Shown one piece after another: positions 32,415 to 43,659 of a stretch of 64,000 nucleotides of DNA. Every line of letters begins with the position of its first letter. The first letter of the stretch is position 1. The notes beneath the pieces are model-generated. The model was not told the origin of the DNA and ran no database searches. It saw only the letters and a list, made by a program, of their open reading frames with translations. This DNA comes from Corynebacterium sp. (GTDB lineage: Bacteria; Actinomycetota; Actinomycetes; Mycobacteriales; Mycobacteriaceae). The stretch lies in the NCBI RefSeq assembly GCF_030535495.1, contig NZ_JAUNRW010000002.1:3654-67653 (forward strand), read 5' to 3'. The translations under genes were made by a program, and so were the position numbers.

Positions 32415-33899
32415 ATGAACACACTCTCGCACCTCAGCCAGATCGCCGGGGGAGAACTGGTCGGTGCCTTCGGGACCGATCCCGCCATCACCTCCATCGA
32501 GCTGGACTCCTCGCGGGTCCCGGCCACCGGCGGCCTCTTCGCCGCCCTGCCCGGCACCCGCCGCCACGGGGCGGAGTTCGCCGCCGACACCCCGGCCGAG
32601 GCGATTCTCACCGACCGAGCCGGGCATGCCCTGCTGACGGAGAGGCAGGAGACCCGACCCGTCATCGTCGTCGACGATGTCCGCGCCGTCCTCGGTCTGC
32701 TGGCCGCCGAGGTCCACGGCCACCCCTCGCAGCACCTCACGCTGCTCGGCGTCACCGGCACCTCCGGCAAGACCACCACCAGCTACCTCCTCGAACGAGG
32801 ACTCATGGCCGCCGGCCACACGGTGGGGCTCATCGGCACGACGGGCACGCGTATCGACGGCCGCCCCGTCCCCACCTCCCTGACCACCCCGGAGGCCACC
32901 ACCCTCCAGGCGTTGTTCGCCGAGATGCTCGCCGAGGGGGTCACCCACGTCGTCATGGAGGTCTCCTCCCACGCCCTGGAACTGGGGCGGATCACCGGCA
33001 CGAACTTCGATGTCGCCGGCTTCACCAACCTCTCCCAGGATCACCTCGACTTCCATCCGACGATGGAGGAGTACTTCGAGGCCAAGGCCCGCTTCTTCGA
33101 TCCCGCCTCCCCGCTGGCCGCCGACCGCGCCGTCATCTGCATTGACGACGACTGGGGCCGACAGATGGCCGCCCGCGCCGAATCCCCGCTCACCGTGGCG
33201 ACCCGGGGTGCCGAGGCCGATGTCAGTGCCGCCCAGGCGGAGCTCACCCCGAGTGGCGCGCAGCTGCTGGTCATCACCCTCCCCGACACGTTGCTGGAGG
33301 CAGAACTCCCGCTGCCGGGTGACTTCAACATCGCCAACGCGGCGCTGGCCACCGCCATGGCATATGCCGTGGGGGTGGATCCGCGTCAGTTCGTCACGGG
33401 GTTCGGGTCCGTCGCCGTCCCGGGCCGCATGGAGCGTATCGACGAAGGCCAGGACTTCCTCGCCGTGGTCGACTACGCCCACAAGCCGGCGGCCGTCGCC
33501 GCCGTGCTCGACACCCTGCGCGGGCAGGTCAAGGCACGGCTCGGTGTCGTCGTCGGCGCCGGTGGTGACCGCGACGCCACCAAGCGCCCCATCATGGGGG
33601 CCGAGGCCGCCCGCCGCGCCGACCTGGTCATCATCACCGACGACAACCCCCGCAGCGAGGTCCCGGAGACCATCCGCGCCGCCGTGCTGCAGGGCGCCGT
33701 CGACGCCGACACCGGCGCGGAGATCCGCGAGATCGGCGACCGCGCCGCCGCCATTGACGCCCTCATCGCGTGGGCGCAGCCCGGCGACGCCGTCGTCGTC
33801 GCCGGCAAGGGCCATGAGGTGGGCCAACTCGTCAACGGGGTCAACCACCACTTCGACGACCGGGAAGAAGTCCGCCGCGCCCTGAAGGAGCAGTCATGA
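32415..33899 (+). CDS. murE: UDP-MurNAc-dipeptide--meso-DAP ligase
   Basis: GTSGKTT, LTTPE, MEVSSH, NLSQDHLDFH, DYAH, DNPR. Confidence 0.95.
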   Translation: MNTLSHLSQIAGGELVGAFGTDPAITSIELDSSRVPATGGLFAALPGTRRHGAEFAADTPAEAILTDRAGHALLTERQETRPVIVVDDVRAVLGLLAAEVHGHPSQHLTLLGVTGTSGKTTTSYLLERGLMAAGHTVGLIGTTGTRIDGRPVPTSLTTPEATTLQALFAEMLAEGVTHVVMEVSSHALELGRITGTNFDVAGFTNLSQDHLDFHPTMEEYFEAKARFFDPASPLAADRAVICIDDDWGRQMAARAESPLTVATRGAEADVSAAQAELTPSGAQLLVITLPDTLLEAELPLPGDFNIANAALATAMAYAVGVDPRQFVTGFGSVAVPGRMERIDEGQDFLAVVDYAHKPAAVAAVLDTLRGQVKARLGVVVGAGGDRDATKRPIMGAEAARRADLVIITDDNPRSEVPETIRAAVLQGAVDADTGAEIREIGDRAAAIDALIAWAQPGDAVVVAGKGHEVGQLVNGVNHHFDDREEVRRALKEQS

Positions 33900-35383
33900 T
33901 TCCTCTCACCCTCGCCGACATTGCGCGGATCACCGGTGGGGAACTGGTGGACGTCGATAAGCCGGACACCCGCGTCACCGGATTCGTCGAGTTCGACTCC
34001 CGCAAGATCACCCCCGGCGGGCTGTTTCTGGCCCTGCCGGGCGCGCGCGTGGACGGCCACGACTTTGCCACCACCGCCACCGAGGCCGGGGCGGTCGCGG
34101 TGCTCGCGGCCCGCCCGGTCGGCGTCCCGGCGATCGTCGTGCGACCGACCGGCCGAGCCGACTCCAACGCCGACATCTACGCCCACGACACCGACGGCTC
34201 CGCCCGCGCCGTCGTCGAGGCACTGGCCGCACTCGCCCACGGCGTGGTCACCCGGCTACCGGAACTGACCGTCGTCGGCATCACCGGTTCCGCCGGCAAG
34301 ACCTCCACCAAGGACCTCGTGGCCTCCGTCCTGCGGCAGGCCGGGGAGACCGTCGCCCCGCCCGGATCCTTCAACAACGAGATCGGCCACCCCTACACCG
34401 CACTGCGCTGTGACACCGACACCCGTTTCCTCGTCGCCGAGATGTCCGCCCGCGGCATCGGCCACATCGCGCACCTGGCGGAATCCGTGCCGCCGCACAT
34501 CGGCGTGGTGCTCAACGTCGGTTCCGCCCACCTGGGGGAGTTCGGCTCCCGCGAGAACATCGCCCGTGCCAAGGGCGAGCTCGTCGAGGCGCTGCCGGAG
34601 GACGGCGTGGCCGTCCTCAACGCCGACGATCCCTTCGTCGCCGCCATGGCCCCGCGCACCCGCGCCCGCGTGGTCACCTACTCGGCCCAGCAGCGGGCCG
34701 ATGTCTGGGCCGGGGACATCCGCCTCGACGATGTCGCACGCGCCAGCTTCACGCTGCACGCCGGGGAGGCCTCCGCCGCCGTGTCGCTGCAGGTGTTCGG
34801 CGAGCATCAGGTGTCCAACGCCCTGGCCGCCGCCGCGGTCGGCATCGAGGCGGGGCTGAGCGTGGAGCAGGTGGCCCGCGGGCTGGGCGCCCACACCAAC
34901 GCCTCCGCGCACCGCATGGACGTGCAGACCCGCGCGGACGGCGTCACCGTCATCAACGACGCCTACAACGCCAACCCGGACTCCATGCGGGCCGGTATCG
35001 CCGCCCTGGCGTACACCGCCGCCGCCCGCCCCCACGCCCGCGCCATCGCCGTGCTCGGCGAGATGGGCGAGCTCGGCGACGATGCCGAGGAGTCCCACCG
35101 CCTCCTCGGTGAGCAGCTGGACCGCTACCGCGTCGGCCACCTCATCGCGGTGGGGGACAGCCCCCACAGCCGCGCCATGGCCACGGAGGCCAGGAATCGG
35201 GGTATAACTACTGAGATCGCTCACGACGTCGACGAGGCCACCCAGCTTGTCGACGCCGTGCTGCGCACCCGCCCCATCGAACACACCGGTTCCGGAAACC
35301 CCGGCGATGTCGTTCTGGTCAAGGCGTCCAACGCGCTGGGCCTGTGGCGGGTGGCTGAGAAACTCATCGAGAAGGGTCAATAG
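33896..35383 (+). CDS. murF: UDP-MurNAc-tripeptide--D-Ala-D-Ala ligase
   Basis: DSR, GSAGKTSTK, FNNEIG, NDAYNANPDSM, VKASN. Confidence 0.95.
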   Translation: MIPLTLADIARITGGELVDVDKPDTRVTGFVEFDSRKITPGGLFLALPGARVDGHDFATTATEAGAVAVLAARPVGVPAIVVRPTGRADSNADIYAHDTDGSARAVVEALAALAHGVVTRLPELTVVGITGSAGKTSTKDLVASVLRQAGETVAPPGSFNNEIGHPYTALRCDTDTRFLVAEMSARGIGHIAHLAESVPPHIGVVLNVGSAHLGEFGSRENIARAKGELVEALPEDGVAVLNADDPFVAAMAPRTRARVVTYSAQQRADVWAGDIRLDDVARASFTLHAGEASAAVSLQVFGEHQVSNALAAAAVGIEAGLSVEQVARGLGAHTNASAHRMDVQTRADGVTVINDAYNANPDSMRAGIAALAYTAAARPHARAIAVLGEMGELGDDAEESHRLLGEQLDRYRVGHLIAVGDSPHSRAMATEARNRGITTEIAHDVDEATQLVDAVLRTRPIEHTGSGNPGDVVLVKASNALGLWRVAEKLIEKGQ

Positions 35384-35395
35384 GGGCGCAACGAC

Positions 35396-36505
35396 GTGAC
35401 ACAGATCATCATCGCAGGAACCGTCAGCTTCCTCGTCGCCATCTTCACCACCCCGGTGCTCATCCGGCGCTTCTCCGCCGAGGGCCTGGGGCAGGAGATC
35501 CGCGAGGAGGGCCCGAAGTCCCACCTGCGCAAGCGCGGCACCCCGACGATGGGCGGCATCGCCATCATCGCCGGCATCGTCGTCGGCTACCTCGCCGTGG
35601 GCATCTACGGAATGGTCAGCGGCTCCGGCGGCTTCACCGTCTCGGGTCTGCTGGTGCTGGGCCTCACCCTGGGACTCGGTGCCCTCGGTTTCGCCGATGA
35701 CTTCATCAAACTCTTCCGGGCCCGCAACCTCGGCCTCAACAAGACGGCGAAACTGGTCGGTCAGCTCGTGCTGGCCGTCGGCTTCGGTCTGCTCATCCTG
35801 TGGTTCCCCGATGAACAGGGGCTGACCCCGGGCTCGACGCACCTGTCGTTTGTCCGTGACATCGACACCTTCGACATCGCCTTCGGCGGTTCGATCATCG
35901 GCATCGTGGTGTTCCTGCTGTTCATGTACATCCTCATCGCCGCCTGGTCGAACGCCGTCAACCTCACCGACGGTCTCGACGGCCTCGCCGCCGGCACCAC
36001 CGCCTTCGTCATGGGCGGCTATGCCCTCATCACCTTCTGGCAGTTCCGCAACTCGTGCACCCAGTCCGTGGAACCGGGCTGCTACTCCGTGCGTGACCCG
36101 CTGGACCTGGCCGTGCTGGCGGCCGCGGGCCTGGGTGCCTGCCTCGGTTTCCTGTGGTGGAACGCCGCCCCGGCCAAGATCTTCATGGGTGACACCGGTT
36201 CCCTGGCCCTCGGTGGCCTCGTCGCCGGTCTGTCCGTGGCCTCCCGGACCGAGCTGCTCATGATCATCATCGGCGCCCTCTTCGTCATCGAAGCCGCCTC
36301 CGTCGTCATCCAGGTGATCGTCTTCCGCACCTCGGGCAAGCGCTTCTTCCGCATGGCCCCCTTCCACCACCATTTCGAGAACGGCGGGTGGCCCGAGACC
36401 ACCGTCGTCATCCGCTTCTGGCTCATCGCCGCCATGGCCGTGATGCTGGGAGTGTCCATCTTCTACGCCGAATGGCTGACAGCCACAGGAGTGAGCCTGC
36501 AATGA
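35396..36505 (+). CDS. mraY: Phospho-MurNAc-pentapeptide transferase
   Basis: [42 protein letters not shown]. Confidence 0.96.
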   Translation: MTQIIIAGTVSFLVAIFTTPVLIRRFSAEGLGQEIREEGPKSHLRKRGTPTMGGIAIIAGIVVGYLAVGIYGMVSGSGGFTVSGLLVLGLTLGLGALGFADDFIKLFRARNLGLNKTAKLVGQLVLAVGFGLLILWFPDEQGLTPGSTHLSFVRDIDTFDIAFGGSIIGIVVFLLFMYILIAAWSNAVNLTDGLDGLAAGTTAFVMGGYALITFWQFRNSCTQSVEPGCYSVRDPLDLAVLAAAGLGACLGFLWWNAAPAKIFMGDTGSLALGGLVAGLSVASRTELLMIIIGALFVIEAASVVIQVIVFRTSGKRFFRMAPFHHHFENGGWPETTVVIRFWLIAAMAVMLGVSIFYAEWLTATGVSLQ

Positions 36506-37833
36506 TCACCGGAACCGCCCTGATCGCCGGCGCCGGAGTCTCCGGTCGCGGAATCGCCCGCCTGCTCGACGATCTCGGTGTGTCCGTGGTCGTCGCCGAC
36601 GACTCCGGCGCGGGCATCACCACCGCGGAGGCCCGCGGCCGCCTCGCCGAGTTCGAGGTCGTCATCACCTCCCCGGGCTGGCGCCCCGACAACCCCCTGC
36701 TTATCGACGCCGCCGCCGCCGGCCTCGAGGTCATCGGCGACGTCGAGCTCGCCTACCGCCTCGACCGGGCGGGCACCTTCGGTGCCCCGCGCACGTGGCT
36801 GGTGGTCACCGGTACCAACGGCAAGACCACCACCACCGCCATGCTGGCCGCCATGATGCAGCAGCTGGAACCCCGCGCCGCGGCCGTCGGCAACATCGGG
36901 GTGTCGGTGGCGGACGCGCTCGTCGACAGCCATCGCGTCGACGTCCTCGTCGCGGAACTGTCCTCCTTCCAGCTGCACTGGTCCTCCGAGCTCACCCCGG
37001 ACGCCGGGGTGCTGCTCAACCTGGCCGAGGACCACATCGACTGGCACGGGTCCTTCACCGCCTACGCCGACGACAAGACCCGGGCCCTGCGGGGACCGGT
37101 GGCCGTCGCCGGTGTCGACGACCCCGAGGTGCGCGCCGCACTGGAACGCGCCGGAGTCGACGACTACATCGGTTTCACCCTCGGGGAGCCCGGGCTGGGA
37201 CAGTTCGGCGTCATCGGCGGCCAGCTGGTGGACAACACCGGCGACACCCCCGTCGTGCTGGCCCCGGTCGCCGGTATCCAGCCCGCCGGTCCCGCCGGAG
37301 TGCTTGATGCGCTGGCGGCCGCCGCCGTCGCCCGCAGTCAGGGCGCGCAGCCGGAGCACATCGCCGCCGCACTGGCCACCTTCCAGGTCGACGGACACCG
37401 CGGCCAGACGGTGGCGCAGGCCGGGGGAGTGGACTACATCGACAACTCCAAGGCCACCAACCCGCACGCCGCCGACGCCGCGCTCGCGGGTCTGCAGGAT
37501 GTCATCTGGATCGCCGGAGGCCAGCTCAAGGGAGCCGACATCGGCCCCCTCGTCCGCACCCACGCACACCGCCTGCGGGCCGTCGGGCTGCTGGGCACCG
37601 ACGCCCCGCTCATCGCCGCGGCCCTCGCTGAGCACGCGCCGGACGTCCCCGTGCACACCACCACCGTCACCGACCCGGAGGCGGCCATGAGCGAACTGGT
37701 CACGTGGGCCGCTGACATTGCCGCGCCCGGAGACACGGTGCTGCTGGCCCCGGCGGCGGCCTCCCTCGACATGTTCACCGGCATGGCCCAACGCGGCGAC
37801 CTGTTCGCCGCGGCGGCAGAAAGGCTGACATGA
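36502..37833 (+). CDS. murD: UDP-MurNAc-L-Ala--D-Glu ligase
   Basis: [38 protein letters not shown]; ATGA overlap with mraY. Confidence 0.95.
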   Translation: MITGTALIAGAGVSGRGIARLLDDLGVSVVVADDSGAGITTAEARGRLAEFEVVITSPGWRPDNPLLIDAAAAGLEVIGDVELAYRLDRAGTFGAPRTWLVVTGTNGKTTTTAMLAAMMQQLEPRAAAVGNIGVSVADALVDSHRVDVLVAELSSFQLHWSSELTPDAGVLLNLAEDHIDWHGSFTAYADDKTRALRGPVAVAGVDDPEVRAALERAGVDDYIGFTLGEPGLGQFGVIGGQLVDNTGDTPVVLAPVAGIQPAGPAGVLDALAAAAVARSQGAQPEHIAAALATFQVDGHRGQTVAQAGGVDYIDNSKATNPHAADAALAGLQDVIWIAGGQLKGADIGPLVRTHAHRLRAVGLLGTDAPLIAAALAEHAPDVPVHTTTVTDPEAAMSELVTWAADIAAPGDTVLLAPAAASLDMFTGMAQRGDLFAAAAERLT

Positions 37834-39188
37834 GCACATCCACCTCCTCGAACTCCGGAACCTTCACCCGCTGGCGCGCCGAATGGCACCGCATGCTCGA
37901 CTCCCGCGCCGGATTCGACTACTTCATGATCCGCTCCGTCGTCTTCCTCCTGGTGGGCATCGGCGCGGTCATGGTCATGTCCTCGACGATGACCTGGTCC
38001 GTCCTCGAGGGGGCGACCGTGTGGAACCAGGCCGTGCGCCAGTTCATGATGATCGTCGCCGGACTCGTCGCCTTCTGGTTCGCCCTCCGCCTGCGCCCCG
38101 ACACCGTCCGCAGACTGACCCCCTGGCTGCTGGTCATCGCGATCGTGCTGCTCATCGCGGTGCTCATCCCGGGCATCGGCACCGGCCGCCTCGAGGTGGG
38201 TTCGCAGTCGTGGATCGTCCTCGGCCCCGTCCGCTTCCAGCCCTCCGAGATTGCCAAGGTCGCCATCGCCGTGTGGGGTGCCGCCTACCTGGCGGACAAG
38301 CGCCACACCGGATCCAGCATGCGCAGCCCCTTTGTCATCTACACCGCGGTGGCCACCCTCATGGCGGGGCTCATCGCGGTGCAGGGCGACTTCGGCATGG
38401 CCGTCAACTTCGGCGTCGTGGTCCTGTTCACCCTGTTCTTCGCGGGCGTGGACATCCGCCTCATCCTCGCCGCCTTCCTCGCGGCCGGGGCCTTCGCCGC
38501 CTGGATGCTGTTCAGCGGCGGTTTCCGCTCGAACCGCTTCCACGTCTACTTCGACGCCCTCTTCGGCCGCTTCGACGACACCCAGGGCGTGGCCTTCCAG
38601 TCCTACCAGGGCTTTTTGTCCCTGGCCGACGGCTCAGTGGCCGGCGTCGGCGTGGGACAGTCCCGCGCCAAGTGGTTCTACCTCCCGGAGGCCAAGAACG
38701 ACTTCATCTTCGCCATCATCGGCGAGGAACTCGGCCTGTGGGGCGGAGCCCTGGTCATCGGCCTGTTCGCGGCGCTGGGGTACTTCGGCATCCGCACGGC
38801 CTTCCGGGCGCAGAACCAGTTCCAGGCGCTGCTGGCCGGAGCACTGACCGCCGGTGTCGTCTCCCAGGCGTTCATCAACATCGGCTACGTCGTCGGCCTG
38901 CTGCCGGTGACCGGTATCCAGCTTCCGATGATCTCCGCGGGTGGTACCTCCACGATCATCACCCTCGGGTCCATGGGTCTGCTCGCCTCCGTCGCACGCC
39001 ATGAGCCCGAGGCGATCTCCGCGATGCAGTCCTACGGTCGCCCGCTCTTCGACCGGGTGTTCATGCTGCCCGAGCCGGCCGTGCGCCGCGCCTCCGTGCG
39101 CCGCCCGACCTCGCGGGAGCGCTTCGGCGCGCCGGTCACTGGTAGCGTCACAAAGAGAAGACAGCCCCACCCCGACAGGAGACGGTGA
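37830..39188 (+). CDS. ftsW: SEDS peptidoglycan polymerase FtsW
   Basis: QPSEIAK, LPEAKNDFIFAIIGEE, LPVTGIQLPMISAGG. Confidence 0.93.
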   Translation: MSTSTSSNSGTFTRWRAEWHRMLDSRAGFDYFMIRSVVFLLVGIGAVMVMSSTMTWSVLEGATVWNQAVRQFMMIVAGLVAFWFALRLRPDTVRRLTPWLLVIAIVLLIAVLIPGIGTGRLEVGSQSWIVLGPVRFQPSEIAKVAIAVWGAAYLADKRHTGSSMRSPFVIYTAVATLMAGLIAVQGDFGMAVNFGVVVLFTLFFAGVDIRLILAAFLAAGAFAAWMLFSGGFRSNRFHVYFDALFGRFDDTQGVAFQSYQGFLSLADGSVAGVGVGQSRAKWFYLPEAKNDFIFAIIGEELGLWGGALVIGLFAALGYFGIRTAFRAQNQFQALLAGALTAGVVSQAFINIGYVVGLLPVTGIQLPMISAGGTSTIITLGSMGLLASVARHEPEAISAMQSYGRPLFDRVFMLPEPAVRRASVRRPTSRERFGAPVTGSVTKRRQPHPDRRR

Positions 39189-39191
39189 TTC

Positions 39192-40259
39192 ATGACCGCA
39201 TCGAACAAGCCACTGCGCGTCGTCGTCGCCGGTGGTGGTACCGCCGGTCACATCGAACCCGCTCTGGCCGTCGCTGAGGCGCTCGTCGAGCGCCACGGCG
39301 CACAGGTCACGGCGCTGGGTACCCCGCGGGGACTCGAGCGTGACCTGGTGCCGGCCCGGGGATTCGATCTCCGGCTCATCGACCCGGTGCCGGTGCCGCG
39401 CCGCCCCAGCGTCGACCTGCTCAAGCTGCCGTTCCGGATCATCACCGCCGTGCGCCAGGCCCGCGCGGTGCTGCGGGAGGCCGACGTACTCATCGGTTTC
39501 GGCGGCTACGTGTCCGCCCCCGCCTACCTGGCCGCCCGCTCCCTGCGCATGCCCTTCCTCGTCCACGAGGCCAACGCCCGCGCGGGGATGGCCAACAAGC
39601 TCGGCCAGCGCCTGGGTGGCACCAGCTTCAACGCCGTCGCCGACTCCGGCATGCCGGGTGAGGTCGTCGGGGTCCCCGTCCGCGCGGATCTGCGGGACGC
39701 CGACCGTGCCGCAGCCGCCGCCCGCGCGCGGGAGACCTGGGGCCTGGGGCACCGGAAGACCCTGCTGATCACCGGCGGCTCGCAGGGCGCGGTGAACCTG
39801 AACACGGCGGTGGCCGGGGGCGTCGATAAGCTCACCGAGGACTTCCAGGTGATCCACGCCTACGGCAAGCGCAACACCGCCCCCGCCGAGCACGAGCACT
39901 ATGTCGCGCTGCCCTACATCGACGACATGGCCGCCGCCTACGCCGTCGCGGACCTCATCGTCTGCCGCTCGGGCGCGATGACGGTCGCCGAGGTCACCGC
40001 CTCCGGCATCCCGGCCGTCTACGTCCCGCTGCCGCACGGCAACGGTGAGCAGGCGCTCAACGCCAGCAGCGTCGTCGCGGCCGGGGCCGCCCGCCTCATC
40101 GATGACGCCGAGCTGGATTCCGGGCGCCTCGTCGCTGAGGTGCAGGCGATTCTCGGCGACGACGAGCTGCTGGCCACCATGCGTGCCGCCGCCCGTGACC
40201 ACGCCGCCGGCGACACCGCCGCACTGCTCGCCGACGCGGTGGTGGCGGCGCTACAGTAA
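39192..40259 (+). CDS. murG: Lipid II N-acetylglucosaminyltransferase
   Basis: GGGTAGHIEP, GGYVS, HEAN, GGSQGA, RSGA, EQ. Confidence 0.95.
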   Translation: MTASNKPLRVVVAGGGTAGHIEPALAVAEALVERHGAQVTALGTPRGLERDLVPARGFDLRLIDPVPVPRRPSVDLLKLPFRIITAVRQARAVLREADVLIGFGGYVSAPAYLAARSLRMPFLVHEANARAGMANKLGQRLGGTSFNAVADSGMPGEVVGVPVRADLRDADRAAAAARARETWGLGHRKTLLITGGSQGAVNLNTAVAGGVDKLTEDFQVIHAYGKRNTAPAEHEHYVALPYIDDMAAAYAVADLIVCRSGAMTVAEVTASGIPAVYVPLPHGNGEQALNASSVVAAGAARLIDDAELDSGRLVAEVQAILGDDELLATMRAAARDHAAGDTAALLADAVVAALQ

Positions 40260-40298
40260 GACCTCTGTCCACCTGTTCCCGTCTCTTCAGGAGTATCC

Positions 40299-41717
40299 GT
40301 GACCGTCGACCTCTCCCGCGTCCACCTCATCGGCATCGGCGGCTCCGGCATGTCCGGCGTGGCACGGATCCTGCTGGACCGGGGCTTCGTGGTCACCGGC
40401 TCGGACGTGAAGGATTCGCGTCCGGTCCGCGCCCTGCGCTCGAACGGCGCCCACGTGGCGGTCGGGCACGCGGCGGAGAACCTCATGCTCTCCGGCAAGC
40501 TGCCCACCGTGGTCGTCGTGTCGTTCGCGGCGATCCCGCAGGACAACCCGGAGCTGCAGCGCGCCCAGGATGAGGGCATCCCGGTCATCCGCCGCTCCGA
40601 CCTGCTCGGCGAGCTCATGGAGGGCCACCGCCAGGTGCTGTTCGCGGGCACCCACGGCAAGACCTCCACCACCTCCATGGCGGTGGCGGCGATGCAGACC
40701 GCGGGCCTGGACCCCAGCTTCTCCATCGGCGGCCAGCTCAACCGCTCCGGCACCAACGCCCACCACGGCACGGGGGACGCCTTCGTCGCCGAGGCCGACG
40801 AATCGGACGCCTCGCTGCTGCGCTACTCGCCCGACATCGCCGTGGTGACCAACATCGAGCCCGATCATCTCGACTACTTCGGCACCGCGCAGGCCTACCA
40901 CCAGGTCTTCGATGACTTCGCCGACCGCATCACCTCCGACGGCCACCTGGTGGTGTGCCTCGACGACATTCACGCGGCCGCCCTCGGTGAGCGCAGCCTG
41001 AGGCGCGGGGTCAGCGTGCTCGGCTACGGCACGACCGACGCCGCGGCCCTGCACCCGGAGATCCCCCTGGGGGCGGAGGTGCTGTCCACCGAGGTCACCG
41101 AGGTCGGTTCCACCGCTGTCCTGCGTATCGACGACCGCGACCTCACCGTCACCCTCCAGATCCCCGGCCAGCACATGGTGCTCAACGGCGCCGCCGCGCT
41201 CTTGGCCGCCCATCTGGCCGGCGGCGATCTGGAGCGCCTGGCCGAGGGCCTCAGCGACTTCAACGGCGTGCGCCGTCGCTTCGAGTACCGGGGCACCGCC
41301 GGCGGGGTCCGGGTCTTCGACGACTACGCGCACCATCCGACCGAGGTGACCGCCGTCCTGCAGGCCGCCCGCCAGAAGGTGGAGGCCGAGGGGGAGGGGG
41401 CCCGCGTCGTCGTGGCCTTCCAGCCGCACCTGTACTCGCGCACCATCGAGTTCGCGGAGGAGTTCGCCGCGGCGCTGTCGCTGGCGGACGCGGCCGTCGT
41501 GCTCGACATCTACGGTGCCCGGGAGAAGCCGGTGGAGGGGGTCAGCTCCCGCATCATCACCGACGCCGTGACCACCGAGGTGGTCTACGAGCCCGACTTC
41601 TCCCACGCCCCGCAGACCATCCGCGAGCTGGTGCGCCCGGGGGACCTCGTGCTCACCATGGGTGCCGGCGACATCACGCTGCTCGCCGGAGAGATCCTCG
41701 CGGCGCTGGACGAGTAG
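40299..41717 (+). CDS. murC: UDP-MurNAc--L-Ala ligase
   Basis: [34 protein letters not shown]. Confidence 0.95.
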   Translation: MTVDLSRVHLIGIGGSGMSGVARILLDRGFVVTGSDVKDSRPVRALRSNGAHVAVGHAAENLMLSGKLPTVVVVSFAAIPQDNPELQRAQDEGIPVIRRSDLLGELMEGHRQVLFAGTHGKTSTTSMAVAAMQTAGLDPSFSIGGQLNRSGTNAHHGTGDAFVAEADESDASLLRYSPDIAVVTNIEPDHLDYFGTAQAYHQVFDDFADRITSDGHLVVCLDDIHAAALGERSLRRGVSVLGYGTTDAAALHPEIPLGAEVLSTEVTEVGSTAVLRIDDRDLTVTLQIPGQHMVLNGAAALLAAHLAGGDLERLAEGLSDFNGVRRRFEYRGTAGGVRVFDDYAHHPTEVTAVLQAARQKVEAEGEGARVVVAFQPHLYSRTIEFAEEFAAALSLADAAVVLDIYGAREKPVEGVSSRIITDAVTTEVVYEPDFSHAPQTIRELVRPGDLVLTMGAGDITLLAGEILAALDE

Positions 41718-42377
41718 ATGTCACGACGAAAAGTCTTCACCGTCATCGGGGCGGTCCTGGCGACGTTGCTCATCGCCGCCGGCGTGCTGTGGGCGTTCCC
41801 CGTCCTGCGGGTGAGCTCCTTCGAGATCTCCGGCAACCTCAACTCGCCGGACGAGTACGTGGTCGAGGCCACGGGTGTGCGGGAAGGGGACAACCTCGTG
41901 CGTGTCGACGCCGGGCAGGCGGCCCGCGGGGTCGTGGATCTCCCGTGGGTCCGCAGCGCCACGGTCTCGCGGCAGTGGCCGTCGACGTTGGCGGTGGAGG
42001 TCACCGAAAGGGAGGTCCTCATGTTCAGCAGCGAGGACGACGGGGAGCATCTCATCGACACGGAGGGTCGTCCCTTCGTCATCGACGTGCCCCCGGAAGG
42101 TGCGGTCGAGGTGACGGGTGCGCAGCGTCAGGATGCACAGACCCTGGCCGGGGTGGCGGATGCCCTCACGGCGTTGTCCGATCCGGTGCGCGCTCTGGTG
42201 GCGTCGGTGGATGTGCCGGGGGAGTACGAGCTGGAGCTGCGCCTCCATGACGGGCGCACCATCTTCTGGGGTGCCTCGGAGGAGAATCATGACAAGGCGT
42301 TGGCCGTGCAGACCGCGGTCCAGCGTGAGGGTGGGCACTGGAATGTGTCGAATCCGTCCATGGTGACCGTACGTTAA
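41718..42377 (+). CDS. ftsQ: Cell division protein FtsQ
   Basis: N-terminal TM, POTRA domain (LPWVRSATVSRQWP), WNVSNP C-terminus. Confidence 0.9.
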   Translation: MSRRKVFTVIGAVLATLLIAAGVLWAFPVLRVSSFEISGNLNSPDEYVVEATGVREGDNLVRVDAGQAARGVVDLPWVRSATVSRQWPSTLAVEVTEREVLMFSSEDDGEHLIDTEGRPFVIDVPPEGAVEVTGAQRQDAQTLAGVADALTALSDPVRALVASVDVPGEYELELRLHDGRTIFWGASEENHDKALAVQTAVQREGGHWNVSNPSMVTVR

Positions 42378-42393
42378 ACCTGAGGTTGAGGGT
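42371..42393. promoter_or_regulatory. Imperfect palindrome upstream of ftsZ, candidate FtsR operator
   Basis: ACGTTAAACCT-G-AGGTTGAGGGT; the right arm resembles the FtsR site recalled from the C. glutamicum ftsZ promoter. Confidence 0.5.
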
Positions 42394-42497
42394 ATCGACA
42401 CGCCCCGAAATGTGCGCGAAAAGTTCTCCTCCGTCGCCCATGATGGAGACAACCTCGTTACAGATCACACACTTCCCGAAAGGCGCGGCCAGAACCT

Positions 42498-43649
42498 ATG
42501 ACCTCACCGAACAACTACCTCGCCGTCATCAAGGTCGTCGGCGTCGGCGGCGGCGGAGTCAACGCCGTCAACCGCATGATCGAAGAGGGCCTCAAGGGTG
42601 TCGAGTTCGTCGCCATCAACACCGACTCCCAGGCCCTGCTCTTCTCTGACGCCGACACCAAGCTCGACATCGGCCGCGAGGCCACCCGCGGCCTCGGCGC
42701 CGGAGCCAACCCGGACGTGGGCCGCACCTCCGCCGAGGACCACAAGTCCGAGATCGAGGAGACCCTCAAGGGGGCCGACATGGTCTTCGTCACCGCCGGT
42801 GAGGGCGGTGGCACCGGCACCGGTGCCGCCCCGGTCGTCGCGGGTATCGCGAAGAAGCTGGGTGCCCTGACCGTCGGTGTCGTCACCAAGCCCTTCAAGT
42901 TCGAGGGCCCGCGCCGTACCCGCCAGGCCGAGTCCGGCATCGAGGAGCTGCGCCAGGTCTGTGACACCCTCATCGTCATCCCGAATGACCGCCTGCTCCA
43001 GCTCGGCGACGCCTCCCTGTCCATGATGGAGGCCTTCCGCGCCGCCGATGAGGTCCTGCACAACGGTGTCCAGGGCATCACCAACCTCATCGTCACCCCG
43101 GGTGTCATCAACGTCGACTTCGCCGACGTCCGCTCCGTCATGTCCGACGCCGGCTCCGCCCTCATGGGCGTCGGTTCCTCGCGTGGCGACGACCGCGTCA
43201 TGACCGCCACCCTGCAGGCCATCAACTCCCCGCTGCTCGAATCCACCATGGAAGGCGCGAAGGGCCTGCTGCTCTCCGTGGCCGGTGCCTCCGACCTCGG
43301 CCTCATGGAGGTCAACGAGGCGGCCACCATCGTCCAGGAGAAGGCCGACGAGGACGCCAACATCATCTTCGGCACGATCATCGACGACAACCTCGGCGAC
43401 GAGGTCCGCGTGACCATCATCGCCACCGGTTTCGATGCCGCGAAGAACAACGCTCCGGCCGCCGTCACCCCGACGCCTGCCCCGTCGCCGATGGAGGAGC
43501 CCGCCCAGCGCGGCAGCCTCTTCGAGGAGCGCGAGGAGGAGGCCGGACGCCACCACCACCGCGAGGAGCGCTCCGGTCTGTTCACCTCCTCCCGTGAGCA
43601 GCGCCCGACCCGCGATGACGATCTCGATGTGCCTGACTTCCTGCGCTAA
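42498..43649 (+). CDS. ftsZ: Cell division protein FtsZ
   Basis: GGGTGTG tubulin signature, NVDFADV, C-terminal DLDVPDFLR. Confidence 0.98.
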   Translation: MTSPNNYLAVIKVVGVGGGGVNAVNRMIEEGLKGVEFVAINTDSQALLFSDADTKLDIGREATRGLGAGANPDVGRTSAEDHKSEIEETLKGADMVFVTAGEGGGTGTGAAPVVAGIAKKLGALTVGVVTKPFKFEGPRRTRQAESGIEELRQVCDTLIVIPNDRLLQLGDASLSMMEAFRAADEVLHNGVQGITNLIVTPGVINVDFADVRSVMSDAGSALMGVGSSRGDDRVMTATLQAINSPLLESTMEGAKGLLLSVAGASDLGLMEVNEAATIVQEKADEDANIIFGTIIDDNLGDEVRVTIIATGFDAAKNNAPAAVTPTPAPSPMEEPAQRGSLFEEREEEAGRHHHREERSGLFTSSREQRPTRDDDLDVPDFLR

Positions 43650-43659
43650 CCTCTAGGGC

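Noticed and set aside
43440-43649. Short FtsZ linker with a His run (GRHHHREER)
   Set aside because: The FtsZ linker is intrinsically variable in length and sequence; no evidence of special function
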